Of a stretch of DNA of 64,000 bases, positions 20,601 through 30,467 are shown piece after piece (positions within the stretch are counted from its first letter, which is position 1; each line of letters starts with the position of its first letter). The notes under the pieces are model-generated. The model was not told the DNA's origin, ran no database searches, and saw nothing but the letters and a program-made list of their open reading frames with translations. Source of the DNA: Ostrea edulis. Lineage: Eukaryota. The stretch spans positions 100,564,001 through 100,628,000 of the forward strand of contig NC_079164.1 in the NCBI RefSeq assembly GCF_947568905.1, read 5' to 3'. Position numbers and translations under genes: made by a program.

Positions 20601-23600
20601 TAATTTATTTAGCAGTTTCAAGCCTTTGTAAGTAACTTCTCCAATCACCTATCATGTTTAATAGTGTAATTTATTCAGCAGTTTCAAGCCTCAGTAACTT
20701 CTCCAATCACCTATCATGTTTAATAGTGTAATTTATTTAGCAGTTTCAAGCCTCAGTAACTTCTCCAATCACCTATCATGTTTAATAGTGTAATTTATTT
20801 AGCAGTTTCAAGCCTCTGTAAGTAACTTCTCCAATCACCTATCATGTTTAATAGTGTAATTTATTTAGCAGTTTCAAGCGTCTGTAAGTAACTTCTCCAA
20901 TCACCTATCATGTTTAATAGTGTAATTTATTTAGCAGTTTCAAGCCTCAGTAACTTCTCCAATCACCTATCATGTTCAACAGTGTAATTTATTTAGCAGT
21001 TTCAAGCCTCTGTAAGTAACTTCTCCAATCACCTATCATGTTTAATAGTGTAATTTATTTAGCAGTTTCAAGCCTCTGTAAGTAACTTCTCCAATCACCT
21101 ATCATGTTTAATAGTGTAATTTATTTAGCAGTTTCAAGCCTCTGTAAGTAACTTCTCCAATCACCTATCATGTTTAATAGTGTAATTTATTTAGCAGTTT
21201 CAAGCCTTTGTAAGTAACTTCTCCAATCACCTATCATGTTTAATAGTGTAATTTATTTAGCAGTTTCAAGCCTCTGTAAGTAACTTCTCCAATCACCTAT
21301 CATGTTTAATAGTGTAATTTATTTAGCAGTTTCAAGCCTCTGTAACTTCTCCAATCACCTATCATGTTTAATAGTGTAATTTATTTAGCAGTTTCAAGCC
21401 TCTGTAACTTCTCCAATCACCTATCATGTTTAATAGTGTAATTTATTTAGCAGTTTCAAGCCTCAGTAACATCTCCAATCACCTATCATGTTTAATAGTG
21501 TAATTTATTTAGCAGTTTCAAGCCTCTGTAAGTAACTTCTCCAATCACCTATCATGTTTAATAGTGTAATTTATTTAGCAGTTTCAAGCCTCAGTAACTT
21601 CTCCAATCACCTATCATGTTTACTAGTGTAATTTATTTAGCAGTTTCAAGCCTCAGTAACTTCTCCAATCACCTATCATGTTTAATAGTGTAATTTATTT
21701 AGCAGTTTCAAGCCTCAGTAACTTCTCCAATCACCTATCATGTTTAATAGTGTAATTTATTTAGCAGTTTCAAGCCTCTGTAACTTCTCCAATCACCTAT
21801 CATGTTTAATAGTGTAATTTATTTAACAGTTTCAAGCCTCAGTAACTTCTCCAATCACCTATCATGTTAAATAGTGTAATTTATTTAGCAGTTTCAAGCC
21901 TCAGTAACTTCTCCAATCACCTATCATGTTTAATAGTGTAATTTATTTAGCAGTTTGAAGCCTCAGTAACATCTCCAATCACCTATCATGTTTAATAGTG
22001 TAATTTATTTAGCAGTTTCAAGCCTCTGTAAGTAACTTCTCCAATCACCTATCATGTTTAATAGTGTAATTTATTTAGCAGTTTCAAGCCTCTGTAAGTA
22101 ACTTCTCCAATCACCTATCATGTTTAATAGTGTAATTTATTTAGCAGTTTCAAGCCTTTGTAAGTAACTTCTCCAATCACCTATCATGTTTAATAGTGTA
22201 ATTTATTTAGCAGTTTCAAGCCTCAGTAACATCTCCAATCACCTATCATGTTTAATAGTGTAATTTATTTAGCAGTTTCAAGCCTCTGTAAGTAACTTCT
22301 CCAATCACCTATCATGTTTAATAGTGTAATTTATTTAGCAGTTTCAAGCCTCAGTAACTTCTCCAATCACCTATCATGTTTAATAGTGTAATTTATTTAG
22401 CAGTTTCAAGCCTCAGTAACTTCTCCAATCACCTATCATGTTTAATAGTGTAATTTATTTAGCAGTTTCAAGCCTCAGTAACTTCTCCAATCACCTATCA
22501 TGTTTAATAGTGTAATTTATTTAGCAGTTTCAAGCCTCTGTAAGTAACTTCTCCAATCACCTATCATGTTTAATAGTGTAATTTATTTAGCAGTTTCAAG
22601 CCTCTGTAAGTAACTTCTCCAATCACCTATCATGTTTAATAGTGTAATTTATTTAGCAGTTTCAAGCCTCAGTAACTTCTCCAATCACCTATCATGTTTA
22701 ATAGTGTAATTTATTTAGCAGTTTCAAGCCTCAGTAACTTCTCCAATCACCTATCATGTTTAATAGTGTAATTTATTTAGCAGTTTCAAGCCTCTGTAAG
22801 TAACTTCTCCAATCACCTATCATGTTTAATAGTGTAATTTATTTAGCAGTTTCAAGCCTCAGTAACTTCTCCAATCACCTATCATGTTTAATAGTGTAAT
22901 TTATTTAACAGTTTCAAGCCTCAGTAACTTCTCCAATCACCTATCATGTTTAATAGTGTAATTTATTTAGCATTTTCAAGCCTCAGTAACTTCTCCAATC
23001 ACCTATCATGTTTAATAGTGTAATTTATTTAGCAGTTTCAAGCCTCAGTAACTTCTCCAATCACCTATCATGTTTAATAGTGTAATTTATTTAGCAGTTT
23101 CAAGCCTCAGTAACTTCTCCAATCACCTATCATGTTTACTAGTGTAATTTATTTAGCAGTTTCAAGCCTCTGTAAGTAACTTCTCCAATCACCTATCATG
23201 TTTAATAGTGTAATTTATTTAGCAGTTTCAAGCCTCAGTAACTTCTCCAATCACCTATCATGTTCAATAGTGTAATTTATTTAGCAGTTTCAAGCCTCTG
23301 TAAGTAACTTCTCCAATCACCTATCATGTTTAATAGTGTAATTTATTTAGCAGTTTCAAACCTCAGTAAGTAACTTCTCCAATCACCTATCATGTTTAAT
23401 AGTGTAATTTATTTAGCAGTTTCAAGCCTCAGTAACATCTCCAATCACCTATCATGTTCAATAGTGTAATTTATTTAGCAGTTTCAAGCCTCTGTAAGTA
23501 ACTTCTCCAATCACCTATCATGTTTAATAGTGTAATTTATTTAGCAGTTTCAAGCCTCTGTAAGTAACTTCTCCAATCACCTATCATGTTTAATAGTGTA

Positions 23601-23676
23601 ATTTATTTAGCAGTTTCAAGCCTCTGTAAGTAACTTCTCCAATCACCTATCATGTTTAATAGTGTAATTTATTTAG
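17608..23676. repeat. Homogeneous satellite array, about 95 units of 62 bp or 66 bp (TTATTTAGCAGTTTCAAGCCTC[A|TGTAA]GTAACTTCTCCAATCACCTATCATGTTTAATAGTGTAAT)
   Basis: Direct inspection; the 66-bp variant carries a 4-nt GTAA duplication; no unique spacers. Confidence 0.98.
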
Positions 23677-23720
23677 TACTTCTGGTCAGATGGTGCATAG
23701 TCATTTCAAGAATGAGGTGC

Positions 23721-24033
23721 TTAAGGAGGTACTCTACATCGTGATAATGGCCGACTTCCTTTTTAAAATATGGATATCAATATCAGCAATATTTGTCTAT
23801 TCATTTCAAATTTTATTGAGTAGCGCAGTATGTTAGAATGTCAATTGCTGAATTGTAGATCGCGGGTTCAAATCCAGTAGGAGTTTTAAAAAAATTTCTG
23901 ATTGCTTTCTTTTAAACGTTTAAAATTTTAACTAAATAAAATAAATATGAAATTAAAGTTTTCAAAATATTGTGGTACATATCCTCCACTTTTCATCCAC
24001 ATAAAATTTCTATGGTGTAGCATACATTCTTAA
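23721..24033 (+). mobile_element. TTAA-flanked non-autonomous DNA transposon (Kolobok-like MITE) containing a tRNA-like segment
   Basis: TTAA at 23721-24 and 24030-33; degenerate TIRs GGAGGTACTCTACATC / GAATGTATGCTACACC (11/16); B box GGTTCAAATCC at 23865. Confidence 0.55.
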
Positions 24034-24485
24034 GAAATATCTATTTTCCATTCGTATCAGAGGCACATATGACCCGAGAGTACGATTTGACAAACCTTTT
24101 TGCCCTTGAAAAAAGAAAAATTGGGTTGTCTGATACGACTTGGGAGAGAAATGTAATGAAGAAAATTCCGAAGATCATTATTCTATACACAGTATTCAGA
24201 GATGATGGAGGGGTGGTCATGGTAAGTTATTGGCAGTTTTGTTGCAGTCGAAAATCTTCCTTCTGATTATTACATCAGATTCTTTGACTTGTCCTTTGGA
24301 TGAAAGGACTAACACAAATGCAGGTTCAATTGCTTTTTCAGTAGGAACACCTGCAAAATATGCAAGTTCGTTTTTTGGAGTTTTCCAAAATTTGATTTTG
24401 GTACTAAATTTTCATTCTATTTTTGATTTCAGCTTACAAGTATTGTAATAACTGTTTTATCGGTCGGGATGAATGACAATCACCC

Positions 24486-24488
<3 letters not shown>

Positions 24489-24532
<44 letters not shown>
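24489..24532. repeat. (TC)22 microsatellite
   Basis: Direct. Confidence 0.97.
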
Positions 24533-24537
<5 letters not shown>

Positions 24538-24738
24538 TGTCAAACTCTCACCCATGTAATTCTGCAGGATATTCATCTCCATATACTCAGATAATGTCAA
24601 ATGACATTCCTTGATGCTCAAGACTTACAAGTATCACCTTTAGTTTCTGACTTGTTACGGTCATGGGTACTAGTGTAGATTTTTCTACAGATTAAACATC
24701 ATCACTTTAGCAACAAAATCAATATCTCGAACTTTACT

Positions 24739-24960
24739 TACAGTGGTTTCATTTTAATTCGTGGGGATCAATGTTCGTGGGTAAGGAAAATTTTCCTGGA
24801 TCGTGGGGACGTAATTCTATGGGTAAGCAATACGATATTACTAGGCGAGATAACTCTACTTGGTTTAAAAATTGTTCGATGACACGTAAATTCGAGGGTA
24901 AGAGTGACCCACGAAATCCACGAACATCAATCCCCCACGAACAATGATGATTCCACAGTA
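24739..24960 (+). mobile_element. TA-flanked MITE (Tc1/mariner-type ends)
   Basis: Imperfect TIRs TACAGTGGTTTCATTTTAATTCGTGGGG ... CCCCACGAACAATGATGATTCCACAGTA. Confidence 0.75.
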
Positions 24961-25329
24961 TTGTGTCACAGTCACTTTCATTCATTAATGGATTCTCCTA
25001 CTGTTTCTGTCACACACTTTATCAGTTTGTGTTTCCCCCTTGTACTTCAGTTTCTGTATTACTGAGTGATTTATGGGAGAGGAGAGTGCAGATAGTTCAC
25101 ATCCCTACAGTTCACTTGACTCGGTGCGACTTTCCTCGATGCTCAAGTTTTATCTCTAGTAACTAATATTTGTAAATTATTGATGACACCATCATTTAAA
25201 GCTTCTACTAAACAATACCTCTTTATTATTCTGGGGACTCTGTCTTCTACTCTTTTTGTCAAATCTGTGAAAAATGTCGTTATCCTCTACATTCTACATT
25301 TGCCAATACAACCTGTCACTGGGTCAAAT

Positions 25330-25845
25330 GATGTCTGACGTGTGTCATACCGATTGTAATTAGGCTGTTGTTTACACGCTGATTTTGATTACGGATTATT
25401 CCATTTACCTGATCAAGACATAGGGCAGGGGCCTCCGTGGCGAGTGGTTAGAGCATCGCGCTCAAAATCACACGGCCTATCACCGCTGTTCGGCGCGGGT
25501 TCGAATCCCGCTCGCACCGGTAAGTGAGAAAGTTTCCCAGTTTACTTTCGGAAGGTCGATGGTCTCTTCCCAGGTACATTGTATCTGGGTTCTCTCTTCC
25601 ACCAATGAAAACTGGGCGCCACCAGATAACTGAAAAATTGTTGAATATGGCGAAAAACAGCAAAACAACAAAAGGGCTCACGGTGGGTGTGACCACTCGA
25701 CATGGGAAGCTTACTCCTCCTAGACACCTGATCCTACGTTTGGTATATTCAGGGGTCCGTGTTTGCCCAATTCTTAATTTTATATTCCTTATTGGAGATA
25801 TGAGAGTGGTGACAGTCGTTATCTTAACCTTTTCATTTTGTTCAT
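25330..25845 (+). mobile_element. 3' terminal segment of a Penelope-like retroelement family, interrupted by a SINE
   Basis: Matches the uninterrupted copy at 40070-40235 (- strand) and the RT-linked copy at 27280-27475. Confidence 0.65.
25428..25673 (+). mobile_element. tRNA-derived V-domain-like SINE, apparently full length
   Basis: GGGGCCTCCGTGGCGAGTGGTTAGAG A box, GGTTCGAATCCC B box, V-like core tgagaaagtttcccag...ctcttccaccaatgaaaactg, CAA-rich tail, AGGGC target-site duplication. Confidence 0.8.
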
Positions 25846-26165
25846 GAAGTATTATACATCTTTATTCTTGATGTTGATGGGAGTTTGAGACAAATAACTT
25901 GATTTAAAATGTTTGTTTTTCTATGTGACATCTTTCAAGTTGTTCAATTGAAAATTGAAAAATTCAAATTATATTTTAAAAACGTCAATTTGTCAAACAA
26001 TCGTCGTTGACCTTTATATATAAGCTAAGTACTTCGTTACTAGCTTGAAAATACGGATGTATATTAATTGCTGTGATAAAATTTAGAAATTCATTTTTGG
26101 TACACTGTTTCCCCCTAAAATAGCTCTAGCAAGTTTATCGTTATTTCGGATTTCAAACATTTTGG

Positions 26166-26207
26166 TTGAGCATCACTGAAGAGACATGATTACATCTGGT
26201 ACATCAA
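26166..26207 (+). ncRNA. Decayed type I (Penelope-type) hammerhead ribozyme remnant
   Basis: TTGAGCATCA-CTGAAGA-GAC...ATC-TGGTACATCAA: stem I, CUGANGA core and AUC site present; GAAA and the stem II/III strands are missing. Confidence 0.55.
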
Positions 26208-26397
26208 AATTGGTACCGTATAAGTTTTACATATACACACTTTCAAAATCATCACAAAACTCCCTAGTGAGGGGAGGTAATGTATCACTAGCTCATGGTC
26301 TACGTATGTTGATATGAGCTTACTATTTATCTGTTTACTGTGTGCACTGATGTTCTCTTAAAGAGACAGAGTACATGTATATGTCTTAAATTATGGA

Positions 26398-26650
26398 TAC
26401 TGTAGAATCATTATTGTTAGTGGGGTGTGTTCGTGTGTGTGTGTGTGTGGGGGGGGGGGTGATATTCGTGGATTTCGTGGGCCACTCTTACCCTATAATT
26501 TATATGTCCTCAAACATTTTTTAACCAAGTAGAGTTATCTCTCTCCTAGTGACATCGTGTCACTTACCCACGACATTACCTCCCCACGAACCGGCAAGAT
26601 TTTGCTTACCACGAACATTGACCCCCACGAATTAAAATGCTTCCACAGTA
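26398..26650 (-). mobile_element. Second copy of the TA-flanked MITE, inverted relative to 24739-24960
   Basis: TACTGTAGAATCATT...CCCCACGAATTAAAATGCTTCCACAGTA; internal accaagtagagttatct is the reverse complement of agataactctacttggt in the first copy. Confidence 0.75.
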
Positions 26651-26689
26651 GCCTGCATTACCTGTGTTTGAATCAATAGTTCTGCTCGC

Positions 26690-27475
26690 ATACTCACTAC
26701 ACCGTCACTCTTACGAGACATGGTTTATTTTAAAAAAATTCTACACAAGAAAAAACCTCTTGCTTCAATTCTCAACTCAACATTTAGGTATATTGACGAC
26801 GTTTTGTATATTAACAATATTTACTTTCATTCGTATGTCAATATGATACATCCAGTGAACTCGAAATAAAAGAAACCGCAAAGTTTTCCACATCTTTTTC
26901 ATATTTTGATATTTTATGGAACATAAATGTTAAAGGCAAATAAATAACTCAACATTACGACATAGGGATATAAATTCAGCTTCTCCTTCGTCAATTTTCC
27001 TTTACGTAACAATATTCCATTATATAGCCTGCATATGGTGTTTATGTCTTTGAACGATTCGATACGCGAGAATATGCTCTGCATATGACAAGAATTTTCA
27101 TCGAATCAAGCTGCAGACAAATAATTTCATGTTACAGTCAGCATTTTTCAAATTATATGGTCGTTAATATGATCTGTTGCACAGTCTAAGCATGCAAGGT
27201 GAAGATAACGAACAGTGATCAATCTCATAACTCCTACAAGCAATACAAAATAGATAGTTGGGCATAAATTACATTATGTTTGATGCGTTTCATACCAACT
27301 GTTAGGTCGTTCTTTACACACTGATTTTGATGACAGTCAACAGGAAATGCTTACTCCTCTTAGGCCCCCCCATCCCAGCTCTGGTATATCCAGAATGTTG
27401 GCCCTACTCTTAATTTTGTATTCTCTTTAGGTTTTATGAGATTGATCACTGTTCGTTATCTTCACTTTTGTTCAT
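26690..27475 (+). pseudogene. Degenerate reverse-transcriptase fragment of a Penelope-like retroelement, plus its 3' terminal repeat
   Basis: FNSTFRYIDDVLYINN (YxDD catalytic motif at 26789-26800), followed by frameshifted ELEIKET, FSFxxVNFP, PAYGVY, IRYARxCSAY motifs. Confidence 0.8.
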
Positions 27476-28318
27476 GGCGATATTTTCAACCAACTTTTCT
27501 GAAATGTAACCTGTCTAGGATTTGTTAGAAATGTGTTGGATCACATATTCTTGACGTGGGTACAATTGTTTTATGCAAAGTAGGTACAGTTTCTAAAGTC
27601 ATTTGGCCCACAATATCGATGATTTCACTTGGAGCTCAAACCCTGGCATTCCAATATGGAATGGACTAGCAAACCCAAAATCTGCTCAGTTTGATCAGCA
27701 AAATGATTTGTCTCATATGACGAGAGCTAGAAGTTGGCATAAAATTCCAGAAATGCCATTTTCAATGAAAATATCCACAAATTCAGGTGGTTTTCCTTTC
27801 AGAAAACATACAGCGCATGCGTCGAGCAAATTCATATTCAAGTATGTTTTTCATCTTAAAATAATTCACAATATATATAATTTTCATTTTGCTCGACAAA
27901 TGCGCACATCTTTTCCTGAACAATAATCTGTATGACATTTGACAGTTTTCAGGTTTATATTTTGAAAAACGGCGGGAAATGTCTTATTCATGATGTCATA
28001 ATGCTATCCAATTAGGAATACCATAATGATTTTGTTGACATAGTATACCTGGCATATATTTTACTTTCTTAAAATGCTGAATAAGGTTAATTCCAGACAC
28101 ATTTTATAGAGAAAATTCTTAGGCCTTTTCGAGTTTACAATCGTACCTTGTTCATGCGAAATCACGACTTCACTTTACCCTTATACGCAATCCATTTTAT
28201 CAAACATTAGTAACTTTCCTAACAAATCAAATACCAAGGTAAGTGTAAGTAATGAAATCCAATTGTTTCCTACTAAATTTTAACATATTCTTAGCAATCT
28301 TTTTAGTAGTGTTTTTTA

Positions 28319-29959
28319 TCAATTGTATTCTATTTTCAAGTCAAAGTATGGTTCATGTGTCTCTAAATTTTTCTTATTTTCTCTAGAAACTATATCATCT
28401 TCATTCACAAAATCGTCGCTGCAATACGCTGCCTCTTCATCAATGTAAACATCTTCATTTTCCTGAGAATTTTCGATGCTATCGTCCACTGTTTGTGCAT
28501 TGTCCGGGGAGGAAAAGTTGCTATTTTCAGAATGATTTGTTTCGATGAAATTTTCAGAAGTGGATGTGGAATGTGGTTTGTCATCTTCAATATTCTCAAT
28601 TCCTTCGTCAGACTTTTTAAATCCGTCCTCACATTCAGGAGCATGTCTATAAAGGTTTCTAGTTGCTGATTCGCGCATTTCGTCTATTCCTATATGCCTG
28701 TCGTTGGAAGATTCGTCAACTGTATCATCAATGCATTTCATTTCAGCCGTCTTTTCCGAATCTACTTTGTTTATTAGTCGGGTTGAACTCTTATCAGTTT
28801 TCTTCTTGTTGGATAGAACTCATTTTTTAACCTTTGCAATAGCAAAATAGCTCCTGTTGTAATACTCCATCTCTTCATTGGACATAAAACCATCTGAAAA
28901 TGAGCTACAGCTTTCGCTAAAGTCATCGTCATATGCATCACCAGATCCAGTCGCTAAAACATCAAAGGTACCGGTCTTGTCAATACTTTGGACAGCGACT
29001 TCCTCTAAATGGGGCAATGGATTAATCTCTGTTCTTTCGGGATTTTCACATTTATTAGCCTGTTCCGAACCGTCACAGGAAGTCGATCCTTCATTAATTG
29101 GATATTCATTGGCAGATTCTACAATTCTGATTCCTTGTGTTTCATGGTATTTATCCATGTCAAATATCAAAGCTTTGTTCGTATCATGTTGTCGAATGCC
29201 ATTACATGGGAGTTTGAATTCGCTATCGTCATCATCGAAAGCTTCATCTGTAGATGGGTCTGTGTTGTCGCTGCTATTTTTCTCTTCTTGATATATCTTA
29301 TCATAGTCCACCCCAGCAGCTATGGAAAGTTTGCGTTTTTCATCTATATCAGGATCATTTTCTAATTCCTTATTTTCAGCGTCAGACATCGACAAACTGC
29401 TTAACCAGTCGTAACTCTCATCAGAGTCATAATTTGCCTCTGTGCTCCACTTGTTGGACCCTATTGGTCTTCGCCTTCGACGACACTTTGCTTCGGATCC
29501 AATTTCTGTTTTCCCTTTTTTGTTGATCATCTCTTCTTCGTTATCACTGTCGTCCGATTCTCGATATACTTCATCAATTTTGAACAATGGTCGATATGAC
29601 GTTAAGAATTTTTCTGGCAAGTGAAAATCAAAATCTTCACCAGTGTGGTCGGAAATGTTGCCGTCGGTAGAGCCAAACATCTCGTTTTCTGTAGATTGGA
29701 CCAATGCGTCATCTATCAAATGTTCAGCTCTAACTGAACAGTGCTCGGCGTGTTGATTGATATTTGATGATGTTTCATCTAATTGTGATTGAAAACATAC
29801 ATTTTCATCATGCTGTTGCGTTTGGTTATGTTCATTTCCTTCAGCTTCTTGTGGTCTGTGGTCGCCTTCCTCCAGATCTTTATCATTTGCGTTGGAATCT
29901 TCAGACTGAGGCAGGTTAAATGCAACCTGCCTTGTTATCCCGGGCACTTGATGATTCAT
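28319..29959 (-). pseudogene. Asp/Glu/Ser-rich disordered ORF, about 545 codons in a single frame, interrupted by one TGA at 28822-28820; disrupted gene or large exon of unknown product
   Basis: ORFs 28820-29959 and 28319-28741 are in the same frame and the 26 intervening codons are open (KVKK*VLSNKKKTDKSSTRLINKVDSEKTAEMKC); no recognisable domain. Confidence 0.55.
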
Positions 29960-30467
29960 ATCAACTTAGTCCACTTCAAAATTGACTCACCAATCATCTG
30001 TAAAATCGATATAAAATTCGCCAACAATCACCAATCACCTGTAATATCGATATAAACTTAGCAAACAAATTACTTACACAAGTTTGTTTTTTCGTATTGT
30101 AGATATGACAGTGTTTTGTAATTATGATAAGTTCTGTTGAACATATGTCAAAAAGGTCCGGATATCCGGAAGTTGTCATTTCTAGAGAAAACATGCAAGT
30201 TAATTTTTGTACATGTGAATTACATACAATTTACCGGAAATGTTAAACAACGTCTTTCTGACAATTTTGGATTGTGAAAGTATCCTTTTAATACCTATTT
30301 CTTGTCAGTTATATACAGTGTTTGCTTAATCTATGAATTTGTGAGGGTAATACCAGAGGAAGGCAACTGCCGTTAGTTACGTCACGTCCATTGATATATC
30401 GTTACTGAAAATCAGATATATAGCAAAGTGTTTTCATTTTTCGAAATGCGTGTTCGTTACTTCTAAG

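Noticed and set aside
17608-23676. CRISPR array or coding repeat
   Set aside because: Units are contiguous with no unique spacers, no cas genes are present, the context is eukaryotic, and no ORF is called in the array
25428-25520. Functional tRNA gene (also 9510-9570 and 23817-23885)
   Set aside because: A/B boxes are present but I could not fold a complete cloverleaf, and each continues into a SINE or MITE body
28820-28822. Selenocysteine codon
   Set aside because: No redox motif or selenoprotein-like fold surrounds it and no SECIS was recognised; a nonsense mutation is more parsimonious
29987-30056. 41-bp-spaced direct repeat reading ttacag|ATGATTG|gtgagt on -, as a start microexon for the acidic ORF
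   Set aside because: The implied intron to the nearest acceptor would be under 30 nt; cannot be supported without transcripts
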